From contig NW_027362767.1 in NCBI RefSeq assembly GCF_046119375.1, positions 402,504,001-402,568,000 of the forward strand: 64,000 nt of DNA. The letters are read 5' to 3'. The notes beneath the pieces are model-generated. The model had not been told where the DNA came from and did no database searches. It worked only from the letters and a program-made list of their open reading frames with translations. Both the position numbers and the translations under genes were made by a program. Each line of letters starts with the position of its first letter. Within the stretch, counting starts at the first letter, position 1. This document shows, in pieces, positions 49,020-62,000 of this stretch. This DNA comes from Phyllobates terribilis. Taxonomy: Eukaryota.

Positions 49020-50604
49020 CAGTGGGGAAAATAAGTATTTGATACACTGCCGATTTTGCAAGTTTTCCCACCTACAAAGAATGGAGAGGTCTGTAATTTT
49101 TATTGTAGGTCACTTCACCTGTGAGAGACAGAATCTAAAAAAACACAGAAAATCACGTTGTATGATTTTTACATAATTAATTTGCATTTTTATTGCATGA
49201 AATGAGTATTTGATCACCTACCAACCAGCAAGACTTCTGGCTCTCACAGACTGTTAGTTTTTATTTAAGAAGCCCTCCTACTCTGCACTCATTACCTGTA
49301 TTAATTGCACCTGTTTGAACTCATTACCTGTATAAAATACACCTGTCCACAAACTCAATCACACTCCAACCTCTCCACCATGACCAAGAGCTGTCTAAGG
49401 ACACCAGGGACAAAATTGTAGACCTGAACAAGGCTGGGATGGGCTACAGGACAATAGGCAAGCACCTTGGCGAGAAGGCAACAACTGTTGGTACAATTAT
49501 TAGAAAATGGAAGAAACACAAGATGACTGTCAATCTTCCTCCGTCTGGGGCTCCATGCAAGATGTTGCCTCGTGGGGTAAGGATGATTCTGAGAAAGGTC
49601 AGGAATCAGTCCAGAGCTACACTGGAGGACCTGGTCAATGACCTGAAGAGAGCTGGGACCACAGTCTCAAACATTACCGTTAGTAACACACTATGCCGTC
49701 ATGGATTAAAATTCTGCAGGGCACGCAAGGTCCCCCTGCTCACGCCAGCACATGTCCAGGCCCATTTGAAGTTTGTCAATGACCATCTGGATGATCCAGA
49801 GGAGGCATGGGAGAAGGTCATGTGGTCAGATGAGACCAAAATAGAACTTTTTGGAATCAACTACACTCTCCGTGTTTGGAGGAAGAAGAAGGATGAGTAC
49901 AACCATAAGAATACTGTCCCAACTGTGAAGCATGGTGGGGAAAACCTCATATTTTGGTGGTGCTTTTCTGCAAAGAGGACAGGATGACTGCACCGTATTG
50001 AAGGGAGGATGGGGTCATGCAACCCGAGATTTTGGCCAACAACCTCCTTCCCTCAGTAAGATCATTTAAGATGGGTCGTGGCTGGGTCTTCCAGCATGAC
50101 AATGACCCGAAACACACAGCCAGGGCAACTAAGGAGTGGCTCCGTAAGAAGCATTTCAAGGTCCTGGAGTGGCCTAGCCAGTCTCCAGACCTGAACCCAA
50201 TAGAAAATATTTGGAGGGAACTGAAATTCAATGTTGCCCAGCTACAGCCCCGAAACCTGAAAGATCTGGAGAAGATCTGTATGGAGGAGGGGGCCAAAAT
50301 CCCTGTTGCAGTGTGTGCAAACCTGGTCAAGAACTACAGGAAACGTCTGACCTCTGTAATTGCAAACAAAGGTTTCTGGACCAAATTTTAAGTTCTGTTT
50401 TTCTATTGTATCAAATACTTATTTCATGCAATAAATTGCAAATTAATTATGTAAAAATCATACAATGTGATTTTCTGGTTTTTATTTTTAGATTCTGTCT
50501 CTCACAGGTGAAGTGTACCTGCGAAAAAAATTACAGACCTCTCCATTCTTTGTAGGTGGGAAAACTTGCAAAATCAACAGTGTATCAAATACTTATTTTC
50601 TCCA

Positions 50605-50607
<3 letters not shown>
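49020..50607 (+). mobile_element. Full-length defective DD34E Tc1 element
   Basis: TIR CAGTGGGGAAAATAAGTATTTGATACACTG and its complement; transposase split into ORFs 49439-49987 and 50017-50391; D-to-E spacing of 34. Confidence 0.93.
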
Positions 50608-50654
<47 letters not shown>

Positions 50655-51578
50655 GACAAGCCATCAATGTCCTTATGGCTTTGTCTGGTTCTGCTGCTCA
50701 GCCCCCAATATGTGAAAGTGGCTGAATCGCAGTACCAGACTAAGCCATGTAGATGAGAGTGTCACTGTGTTTATATTTCAGCGAGCTCCACTGTCTCTAG
50801 TTTCTGATCATATGGATCCCACCTCCTCCGACTATACATTGATGGCCAATCCTAAGCATGGCCCATTAATGTTATATCCAAGAAATCCTCTTTAAGTGAT
50901 TGGCAAGTTGTAGATTTCTATTGGTCATGTACACACTGAAGAATCATTTTATAAAAATAATTTACAGGAGTTTATGCCTGGAAAAGATAAGCAATGTGTT
51001 ATCCCAGCCACTTTATGTTGTAAATATTTTTTGGGGGGTCACTGGCCAATGCTTGGATAAATTGGTTTGATGTGGACTGATCCTTTTTTTTCCCGGAGGA
51101 GATAATCTGAAGTTTCTGACAGCTCCTCAAGGGAGTAGCTATAGAGGGTGCGGAGGCAGCATTAACAGTGGTGGATAACTCCTTTAACATTGCAGTTATC
51201 TTCCCAAGTCTTCCAAGGTTGTGCTCGGAGTTTCTGCTGGTTCTCGTCTGTTCTTAAAGGGGTGGCCCAAAACTATTATTGATTTTCATCCTAAATGTCC
51301 CTATATTAATAACTATATAATAGTTTTATCTAATACGGTTTAATTAAAGAGCCCCTACCCTTCTCTTTCTAACTGCTTTATTTTTATTTTTTAGCTATTT
51401 CTGCTTTGGTGATGCTTTATTTGAGAATCCCCAGTGCATGCATCAGGGGACAGAGGCTGAGGTCACTGCCACAGCCTCCGTCCCTGCCCTTAATCGAAGC
51501 TTTATCAGTGATGTCTGTTTTAGGGGCTGGGCTTGTCCCTACTGTACTGAGCATGTGTCTGTTGTCAGTTCCGATGTA

Positions 51579-53208
51579 CAGTACAGACCAAAAGTTGTGA
51601 CACACCTTCTCATTTAAAGATTTTTCTGTATTTTCATGACTTTGAAAATTGTACATTCACACTGAAGGCATCAAAACTATGAATTAACACATGTGGAATT
51701 ATATACTTAACAAAAAAGTGTGAAAGAACTGAAAATATGTCTTATATTCTAGGTTCTTCTAAGTAGCCACCTTTTGCTTTGATGACTGCTTTGCACACTC
51801 TTGGCATTCTCTTGATGAGTTTCAAGAGGTAGCCACCGGAAATGGTCTTCCAACAATCTTGAAGGAGTTCCCAGAGATGCTTAGCACTTGTTGGCCCTTT
51901 TGCCTTCACTCTGTGGTCCAGCTCACCCCAAACCATCTCGATTGGGTTCAGGTCTGGTGACTGTGGAGGCCAGGTCATCTGGCGTAGCACCCCATCACTC
52001 TCCTTCTTGGTCAAATAGCCCTTACACAGCCTGGAGGTGTGTTTGGGGTCATTGTCCTGTTGAAAAATAAATGATGGTCCAACTAAACGCAAACCGGATG
52101 GAATAGCATGCCGCTGCAAGATGCTGTGGTAGCCATGCTGGTTCAGTATGCCTTCAATTTTGAATAAATCCCCAACAGTGTCACCAGCAAAGCACCCCCA
52201 CACCATCACACCTCCTCCTCCATGCTTCACGGTGGGAACCAGGCATGTAGAGTCCATCCGTTCACCTTTTCTGAGTCGCACAAAGACAAGGTGGTTGGAA
52301 CCAAACATCTCAAATTTGGACTCATCAGACAAAAGCACAGATTTCCACTGGTCTAATGTCCATTCCTTGTGTTCTTTAGCCCAAGGAAGTCTCTTCTGCT
52401 TGTTGCCTGTCCTTAGCAGTGGTTTCCTAGCAGCTATTTTACCATGAAGGCCTGCTGCACAAAGTCTCCTCTTAACAGTTGTTGAAGAGATGTGTCTGCT
52501 GCTAGAACTCTGTGTGGCATTGACCTGGTCTCTAATCTGAGCTGCTGTTAACCTGCGATTTCTGAGGCTGGTGACTCGGATAAACTTATCCTCAGAAGCA
52601 GAGGTGATTCTTGGTCTTCCTTTCCTGGGGCTTTCCTCATGTGAGCCAGTTTCTTTGTAGCGCTTGATGGTTTTTGCAACTGCACTTGGGGACACTTTCA
52701 AAGTTTGCCCAATTTTTCGGACTGACTGACCTTCATTTCTTAAAGTAATGATGGCCACTCGTTTTTCTTTACTTAGCTGCTTTTTTCTTGCCATAATACA
52801 AATTCTAACAGTGTATTCAGTAGGACTATCAGCTGTGTATCCACCTGACATCTGCACAACACAACTGATGGTCCCAACACCATTTATAGGGCAAGAAATC
52901 CCACTTATTAAACCTGACAGGGCACATCTGTGAGGTGAAAACCATTTCCGGTGACTACCTCTTGAAGCTCATCAAGAGAATGCCAAGAGTGTGCAAAGCA
53001 GTCATCAAAGCAAAAGGTGGCTACTTTGAAGAACCTAGAATATAAGACATATTTTCAGTTGTTTCACACTTTTTTGTTAAGTATATAATTCCACATGCGT
53101 TAATTCATAGTTTTGATGCCTTCAGTGTGAATGTACAATTTTCAAAGTCATGAAAATACAGAAAAATCTTTAAATGAGAAGGTGTGTCCAAACTTTTGGT
53201 CTGTACTG
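51579..53208 (-). mobile_element. Full-length DD38E (Intruder-type) Tc1-like transposon
   Basis: TA|CAGTACAGACC...GGTCTGTACTG|TA, 1630 bp, long TIRs. Confidence 0.95.
51742..52794 (-). CDS. Tc1-like DD38E transposase, uninterrupted 350-aa ORF
   Basis: MARKKQLSKEKRVAII...GRPR...SDESKF...QQDNDPKH-(38 residues from D to E)-SPDLNPIE...EEPRI*. Confidence 0.9.
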   Translation of the reverse strand: MARKKQLSKEKRVAIITLRNEGQSVRKIGQTLKVSPSAVAKTIKRYKETGSHEESPRKGRPRITSASEDKFIRVTSLRNRRLTAAQIRDQVNATQSSSSRHISSTTVKRRLCAAGLHGKIAARKPLLRTGNKQKRLPWAKEHKEWTLDQWKSVLLSDESKFEMFGSNHLVFVRLRKGERMDSTCLVPTVKHGGGGVMVWGCFAGDTVGDLFKIEGILNQHGYHSILQRHAIPSGLRLVGPSFIFQQDNDPKHTSRLCKGYLTKKESDGVLRQMTWPPQSPDLNPIEMVWGELDHRVKAKGPTSAKHLWELLQDCWKTISGGYLLKLIKRMPRVCKAVIKAKGGYLEEPRI

Positions 53209-53892
53209 TATACTCAGTACAAGTGCCCTTCTTATTGTTCAGTTGTCTTCTCAGCTCTAATTAGAAGTGACAAGCCGGCAACAGAGCACAGTGTCAGTGC
53301 ACATTGTAAGGAGAGAAAGCGTCGAGCAGAGACTAGCCCTGACCCCGAAAGTGACATGTGTTTCGGGGCTGGCCTCTGCTAGTTGGGTTATTTTTGTACA
53401 ATGTGCACTGACAGTGCGCTCTGTTGCCGACTCGTCACTTCTAATTAGAGCCGGCGAGGGAGTGCACTGTCACAGTGCACTAAGAAGAATATTACACAGT
53501 GACAAGATGCTACTGACAACCGACACATGCTCAGTACAGCAGAGACTAGCCCAACCCCTGAAACGAATGTCACTAATGATGCTTCATTTCAGAGTAGGGA
53601 CAGAGGCTGTTGCAGTGACCACAGCCTCTGACCCCTGATGATTTTTTTTGAGTATCCCAGCATGCACTGGGGATTCTCAAATAAAGCGTCATCAAAACGA
53701 AAATAGCTAAAAAACATAAAGTAAAGCAGTTAGAGAGGGAACGGTAGGGACTTTTTTAATTTAACCATATTAGAAAAAAACTATTATATTATTAAAAAAA
53801 AAATAGAGAGACATGTTGCCACGAAATCACAGTTTAACATCTTGTTTGCAAAAGGCAATAGGAGTCCTTTTATCCTCTTAGGGAACGATTAA

Positions 53893-54224
53893 AGAGGTTG
53901 TCCACTACTTTTTAATTGATGACCTATCCCTAGGATAGGTCATTAATGCCTGATCGACTGGGGTCCATCACTCGGCACCCCCGCTGATCAGCTGTTATCG
54001 GTGTCGGCGGTGGCCGCCTGCTGGAAGTACTTACTTGCTGAGCTGCTCCATCTACTCTGTAGTGGCCGGGGCTTGGTACTACACATCCGTCTTCTATTCA
54101 AGTCCATAGGAGGGGGATGTGCAGTACCCTGCGGCGGCCACTATCAGACGGCGGCCACTATCAGAAGACGGCCAGCTCCGCAAGTGAGGATAGGTCATCC
54201 ATGTAAAAGTAGTGGCCAACCTCT
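53893..54224. mobile_element. Kolobok/T2-type MITE
   Basis: TTAA|AGAGGTTGTCCACTAC...GTAGTGGCCAACCTCT|TTAA. Confidence 0.9.
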
Positions 54225-54595
54225 TTAAGGTTGAGTGATAGTTGAATCATCTTGCAATTTTACTACAGCTAAATGTTGACATGGAGCCAGAGACCAATGG
54301 TTTATTTGTGAAAAAAAAAAAAAAAAAAGGATAAGAATTGTCTGTGTGGAAACTCATGGGCGCTTTTGTAGGTTGTGCTTCTTTTTCACAATAGTTGATG
54401 TCACAGCTCACCCCCTCCCCCTCCCTTCACAATGATGACCTTTTCACATGCTCATTAGATGCGTCAATATAAAGGATAGGATCTGTTCATTTCTGCTAAT
54501 GCACCTTTTTATTTCCTGAAACAACAGGAAGTTCGAGTGTAAAAAAAGCCCCAGTGGCCAATGTGAATATTGCAAGATTTCTATATTTTTTTTAA

Positions 54596-57160
54596 GGGTA
54601 TGTGGGCACAATCAGGATATGAAGCAGAAATTTCCTGAGAGGTTCTTCATCTCCTTGGCAGGAAAAACGCTGGGCGTTTTTGATGCTGTTTTTGATGCTT
54701 TTTTGTACATCAATGAATACTTTTTGGAGCTAAATAGTTATTTGGTGGGACATTGCTTAAACCCTTGGATTACTGTCAGAACTGGGGTGAGTATATTGGT
54801 TAATTTAAAAGGATTAAATAATGGGTCTGTTGTATTTCAAATAAAGTGTTTGCTCTGTGTCTGTGTGTTTATTTAACTCTTTGCTTTACTTTAATTAATT
54901 TTGTTCATGAAAAGTTCTGATTGACACCTTGTCATCACCAAACAAAAGAGCTAGGTGTCAGCTAATCCCATTCACCCAATCTTCATTAGCATTTTTATTC
55001 ATGTAATTTATGCGGCTGCTGTGAGCTGGTATTTTTAGCCTGGGAAGGTGCCATTTGCAAACATGGTCCCTGGCCATTCAATAACATCTCACAGCTGGTT
55101 CGTTAGCCGCCACGTCACCCCGATCAGCACTCAGCAGCGCTTTGGACGCAGCGTATTTTTGCTGCATCCAAAACGCGATGTTCTAGTGCCGCACTTTTGT
55201 TGTCGGTACATGTGAATCCCCCGCATATAATGACACTTCAATCGGTCAAAATCTGCAGCGGAGACTAGCGTGTCCATTACAGAAATTAACATGCTGCAGG
55301 TGAGTTTGGGTACGTCGCTACGATCAGATGCCGCTGCAGGTTTGACGCTGCATGTTTATACGGCATCAAACCCGCAGCGTCCATATGTTACAGTATAGTG
55401 TATGGGATCTCTAGAAATCCCATGTCCATCATGCGTGTATCAGAGGCTGCGGATCACCTGTGGACACTGACATGCCGCACGTCTTTCAGGACTGCAGCGT
55501 GTCAAATTCTCTTGTGGAGTCGCTAGTCTCCGCTACAGAAATTTGACCACTAGTATGTATTGAATGCGGTAAATACGCATGGTTCAGTGAACACGTGGAT
55601 TTACCTGCGTTCAATAGAATTGAACGTTTTGGACGCAGCAAAAAATATGCGTCCAAAGTGGTGCTACGTCCAGATCATGGGCACAGAGTCTAAAAAAAAA
55701 AAAAAAAAAAATGGTGTGCGCTCCCGCGTCATTTTTATAACCAGCAGAGGGAAAGCCGACCGCTGGGGGCTGATATTAGTAGCCGGGGAAGAGGCCATTA
55801 GCCAACAATGTTCCCTGGCTATTAATATCAGCCCACAGCTGTTTGTTTAGCCTTTACTGGGTAGATTACAGGGGGACTCCAGAAAAAAATTGACGTGGAG
55901 TCCCCCTATAAAATCTAACCAGAAAAGGCTAAACAGACAGCTGCGGGCTGATATTAATAGCCAGGGAAGGGGCCATGTATACTAGCCCCCTCTGCGGCTA
56001 TTAATATCACTCCTCAGCAGTCCCAGAAATGGCGCATCCATAACGTGTATAAGACTCCCCCATTACTAACTGCGCAGTAAAATGATCACCGCTTTTCAGT
56101 AAAAGACACGGCCAGAATAAAGTATTTTAATTAAATAAAAAACACACGGTTCTACAATTTTTTTATTACCCTCTCAGTCCCCGAATCCCTGGATCTCCTT
56201 AAAAAAAAGTAAAAAAACAAACAACCATATCCCTCACATGTCCGCCGTCAATGACGTAGTCCACAATTACGCCGAATGTCCCACAGCGATCTGGGTCACT
56301 TCTACAGCAGTGACATCAGAAATCATTGATGTCACTGTTGTAAAAGACAGCATTGTATACTGAAAGGGGTGTAAAATCACCCCTGTCAGTATACATGCTG
56401 CAGGAGGTCACTGGGGTTGATCAGCTGAAGATCAGCTGACCACCCTGGGAACATTCTTGCGAATGTTCCCAGGGTTAGGTCACGTGGGAATTAGCTGATA
56501 GGTCACGTGACCATCAGCTGATCAGTGACGTCAGTGCAGGTCCTGGCAGCTCGGTACACTGTGGGGAGCGAGCCCGCTCCCTGCAGTATACTGCTGGCCG
56601 CCGGGGAGAGAGCATCGCCGGAGACCAGGAGGACACGGGGGGCTGCCGGACATTTGAGTATAAAGGTTTATTTTTCTTTTTTTTTTCCTTTTTTTTTTTT
56701 TTTGACCGCGGGCACGCGGGCTGGGCAGAGCAGACTACTGCTCCTCCCATCCACGCCTTTCTCGCTGTTATCAGCAAGAGCGGCAGTCGAATGAGAGGAG
56801 ATGTAGTCCTCCTCACCCAACCGGGATACCACCCGCAGCGCGTTTCCGGCGCGATTTTGCACCCATTGACTTTCATTGAAACGCAGCATATCCACAGGTA
56901 TAGATATTATAGCTGCGGGTTTACTGCGATTCAATGGAAGTCAATGGGTGCAAATTTGCTGCAGAAACGCCAAAACAATGGTCATGCTGTGGTTTTTACC
57001 GCAATGCGAATCCGGAGCGGGAATTTCCGCATAATGTGCACAGCACATCCGGATTCGCATTGCTATACCTGGCAGACCTATTAACAAACATTTACGCAGC
57101 GTTTCCGCGGCGGGAAAACCGCAGCGAAAATCCATCAAAAACGCATCGTGTGAACTTAAC
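54596..57160. mobile_element. Long non-autonomous Harbinger-like element with a nested MITE (about 55106-55692)
   Basis: TAAGGGTATGTG... start and ...CGTGTGAACTTAACCTAA end; internal inverted arms; internal sequence related to 3750-4330. Confidence 0.5.
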
Positions 57161-58906
57161 CTAATACAGATTGTGATAAAGAAAAATTAACACTAAAGTT
57201 TTATTTAAACATGTCATTTTCTGATGACAGCTTCCTATTAAATCCTGTTTGTTATTACCCGATGCAAGTGAAAAAATTCTTAAAGGGAATTTGCCACCAG
57301 GTTTTTGTCACCTAATCTGATAGAAACATAATGTAGGGGCAGAGACCCTGATTCCAGTGATGTATCACTTACTGGGCTGCTTGCTGTAGTTTTGATAAAA
57401 TCCCTGTTTTATCAGCAGGAGATTAGCATTAGAGTAAGTAAACGGAAAAGAATCAGCTTACCCATATTAAGTAGAAATCAGGATGCACAGAAATCTTGTA
57501 ATACTGCAAGTCCCAGAAGTAATAGGTTAAACAAATCCAGCATCTGGATCTTCTTATAACTAATATTTATTGAAAATATGATAAAGCCACATGATCCAAC
57601 AGCAATGAAATCAGAATACGCGTTTTAGACAAGGTCTTTAGTCATTGCTCAACTGATTGGCTGCTTTCTGCCTATGCACAGTGTACACCGAAAGCTGTGA
57701 ATATGTGGTGTTTGCGGGGTTATTCAGAGCTTCTTCCTGCTTGCTCCCTTTGAGTGACAGGTCTCTCTCTATGTGCATGTATCAGAAGAGACCTGTGAGT
57801 CAATGGCTGCCGGAGGGGAGAAGCCGCCTTTTCGACTAGTCACCCGTGCGGCTTAGCCCACGATATGTTTAAAAGCATTTTTTTCTCTGAAACGCTGCAG
57901 GGTTTCAGGGTCAAACATAAATGGCTAAGATCATACAGCTGTAGAAGAACACAATGCAGCACAATTCATTGGCTGCTCAGCCTCTGTCATCTCAGTCGCT
58001 GCCTATGCAGAGTGCAGCAGTCAAGATGAGTCTATCGTCGGCTGCTGCAGTCTGCATAGGCAGTGACTGAGATGACAAAGCTCACTACATTATATATGTG
58101 CCAGTGCACTGCTCCAAGAAGAGGCGGTGTTTGCTAGCGCTACAATGGAAGTCTCCATGGATTATTTGACAATGGTGGCAGGGAGGGCCCAACATTTTGT
58201 GCCCACACAGAATTTAGCCCCCAGGGAAGTCACCGTTGTGAACCCACGCTATGCCACCTTTGGTATCCCGCTTGTCTCACTTCTCTTCTACATCAGTGAT
58301 TTCCTCAACATAATTTTGTTCTTCACAGCAGAATATAACATTGGTTGGAATTTTTGCAATCATGGCAATCCACCAGCAATAGGGAAAGATTGAAGTTAAG
58401 GGACAGTTGTAGCTTCTTGCAATTTTACCACAGCTAAATATTGTCATGGAGCCCCACAACCCCAAAATTGATAGACCTACGTGATTTGCAAGTAGGGTTG
58501 TCTGCGTTGAACCTCATGGGCTGAGTTCAGGGTTGTGTCAGAATTTGGGCTTTCCCTAGAATCCTCCTTTGGGTCAGTCCAACCCTGGTCGCTGCATACT
58601 GTCTATTTTTATTACATCCAGATCTTTTGATTACCGCTATACCCCATTTGCAAGAAAAACATGTCCTTGAAGGGTTGTGTGACTTCTTTTTTTAAAGAAT
58701 ATATATGTAATATGTGAATTCACGAGCTGCTACATTTATTTTTTTCCTAACTTTTTGAACTTTTTTAAAAGGTAAATTGAACTTTTATTTAAATATTTTT
58801 AAAATTTTTTTTACACATTTCTTAGTCCCATTGGCCATCATATGACCACTTGTCCAATTCACTGCAATACAGGGCTTCATATAAGCACCAACACAGTATT
58901 GACAAG

Positions 58907-59058
58907 TGTCACAAACCGATCAGAGCCACGTGCCCCTGATCCTTCCTCACAACTTCCGTGAGTTCCGGGTTTAGGATAATGTGATGCGAGCTTAGAAATT
59001 TTATATATTTATTTACTCAAAAGAGCGATGCTAGGTACAATATATACAAGCGGTTACA

Positions 59059-59094
<36 letters not shown>

Positions 59095-62000
59095 TAGTCA
59101 GACAAATACAGTAAGGAAGCAGTAATACGATACAGTAAAACAAAAAGGAATAAAAGTGAATATACCACACTTTCATCAAAGGTCTCTGGACACGGCAGGA
59201 AGGGTGCTGTCATGGGTCCAGGGCGGTTCCTTGTGTCTTTCTGCCCATCTGTAGCGACAGGTGACCCTCAACAGAAGACGCCTCCTCTCTCACAGAGGGA
59301 CACATTTATACGTAACTTGGGCAGGGCGGAAAATAGGCGATTTACATGTAATCTCCTCTTCCCTTCTATCAGACATTTCATAATCCATTTCCCAGCAATA
59401 TTCTCATTGTAAGGTGCGCATGGTAATTGATCTAACACTGGAGCTTCCCCTGACTTCAGAGGTAATTCAATTAGCTATTCCTCATTGCCATGATTCAATT
59501 AGCTCCCCCATACTCTTGTCAGGAATGGGCGTTTGCACTACAAAGGTATGTATCCTAGCTGACCTGTATTCAATTCTCTCCTGGCTTGTCACCCTGGAAT
59601 CGAACAGAGGCTCCCAGGGGTTGATGTATTGAAGGGAAACAAATGCTGATGTAAATACTTTGTCCTCTCTGAGGTGAGACTGCATGCCCAGGTACCCATT
59701 GTGTTAATGCTGATTACCTGGAAGCAGCAGGAAGAAGGAGGGAACACATGGCCCTCCAACCCCCTGGGGTCCTTTGAAGTCAGACAGACTAGCATTTCTG
59801 CTGAGACCTTCATACCTGGGAATATGAATTTCCAGTCCCTGGCCTCACCACACCTCCCCCTTTTAGAGTGCGTTCGGAGGAAGACCTCATCGTTCATCAT
59901 CCGCAAGCACTTCAGCTGCCTCCCCTTGCCTGGATAACCCATCTGCTTTACCGTGGGCCCGGCCGGACCTATACCGAACATCAAAGTTGTAGTGTTGGAG
60001 AGCTAGGCTTCAACGCAACAACCTTCTGTTCTCACCGGCTACTCGAGATAGCCAAGTGAGGGGGTTGTGGTCCGTCACCATGGTGAAATGGCGCCCGTAC
60101 ACGTATGGCTGCAGATGCTGCAGAGCCCACACGATCGCCAGGCATTCCTTCTCCACCGTAGAGTAGGCCACTTCCCTCGGCAGAAGTTTCCAACTGAGGT
60201 ATTGAACAGGGTGCTCTTGACCTGCTGAGTCAGGTTGGCTCAGCACCGCACCGAGTCCGTAGGTGCTGGCGTCAGTCTTTACTACAAGCGGCCGGGAGTC
60301 ATCGTACGCCTGGAGTACAGGGGTTGCCACCAGGGCAGCTTTCAAGGCCTGGAAGGAGTGCTCGCAGTCCGCTGTCCAGTTGACGGCTTGCGGCAGCTTC
60401 TTCTTGGTGAGGTCTGTCAGGGGCTTGGCCAGGGCACTATAGTCCTGTACGAACTTCCTATAGTCCCCGGCCGTACCCAAGAAAGACATCACCTGTTTCT
60501 TGGTCCTTGGGGTGGGCCAGGTCGTGATTGCATCCACCTTCCCGGGTTCTGGTCTCAGTTTCCCCCCACCTACCCGGTGTCCCAGGTATTGGACCTCGGT
60601 CATGCCCATCTGACACTTTCCCGGCTTGATGGTCAAGCCTGCCCGGTGGATCCGCACCAGCACCTCTGACAGGTGCCGAAGGTGTTCCTCCCAAGTGGGG
60701 CTGAAGACAGCAATGTCATCCAGGTACACAGCAACGAATCCTTCGCACCCTGACAGCAAGGTGTTGACCATCCGCTGGAAAGTGGCGGGGGGCATTCTTC
60801 ATGCCAAATGGCATGACGGTGGGCTCATACAGTCCAAAAGGAGTGATAAAGGCTGATTTCTCCTGTGCCTCTGGGGACAGGGGAATCTGCCAGTATCCTC
60901 GGCTCAAGTCCATGATGGTCAAGTACTGAGCCTTGCCCAACCGGTCAAGCAGGTCATCGATGCGCGGCATGGGGAACGCGTCATCGGCGGTAATGGCATT
61001 GAGCCCCCTGTAATCCACACAGAACCGGGTCATCCGGTCCTTTTACAGGTGAGGCCCATGCGCTGGTGGACGGGCGGATCACCCCCAGCTCCAGCATCTC
61101 GGCAATCTCCTTCCGCATTTGCTCCTGTACCTCCAAGGAGACGCGATATGCCGTTCGCCGGATAGGGGCGTGATTCCCCGTGTCCACTCGGTGGACTGCC
61201 AGCTTTGTCAGCCCGGGCTTTCCCGAGAGGAGGCCAGGGAAAGGGCGCATGACCTCCTTCAGCTGGGACCGTTGGTCCTCAGACAGAAGGATGTTCATGG
61301 GGGCATCCTCCATGGACCCTCCCGCACGGGCATGGGCGAGCAGATCCATGAGGTCCTCCTCCTTCCCTTCCTCCGGCAGACTGCACACCGGAAAGGCACA
61401 GGCTTCCCTGTCATGATGCGCTTTCATCATGTTGACATGGAAGATCTTCTGCCTGTTCCGGACCGGGTCAATTGTGACCAGGTAATTGACCTTGCTGAGC
61501 TGCTGATGCACGTCATAAGGGCCCTCCCATCTTGCCTGAAGCTTGTCCTGGGGCACAGGGACTAGGACCCATACTTTCTGCCCTTCCTGGTATGTCCTCT
61601 CCCGTGCATTCTGGTCATACCAGCGCTTCTGCTCTGCCTGGGCCTGGACCATGTTGTCATGCACCAGCTGCGTCAGAGCCTGCATTCTGTCACGGAATCG
61701 CAAGACAAATTCCACGACTGAAACGCCCGGGGTGGCTGCTTCTTCCTCCCAGGATTCCCTCACGAGAGCGAGGGGTCCCTGTACCCATCTTCCATACAGG
61801 AGCTCGAAGGGGGAGAACCCCGTCGAGGCTTGAGGCACTTCCCGGTAAGCAAACAACAGATGTGGGAGGTGTCGCTCCCAGTCGCGTCCCTGGGACTCGA
61901 CCAACATTCGGATCATCTGTTTCAACGTGCCATTGAACCGTTCACACAGGCCATTAGTCTGTGGGTGATACGGGCTGGACACCAGATGTTGCACCCCTGT

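Larger units (their letters stand above)
51258..53800. mobile_element. Large Kolobok/T2-type fold-back element hosting a Tc1 insertion
   Basis: TTAA|AGGGGTGGCCC start; arm 51258-51570 is the reverse complement of about 53520-53800. Confidence 0.65.

Noticed and set aside
57560-57650. Further hammerhead-like remnant on the - strand (AATGACTAAAGACC...CTAAAACGCGT)
   Set aside because: Both core segments are mutated, so it is too degenerate to call; probably a Penelope-like fragment inside a MITE.
58127-58465. Hydrophobic 88-aa ORF as a possible membrane-protein exon
   Set aside because: It has a non-ATG start, no recognisable family and no coherent splice partners.
44200-58900. Search for SPRED3 EVH1 exons (VRAVVM, DDSSGGW)
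   Set aside because: No matching frame was found by eye, so no SPRED3 feature is called.
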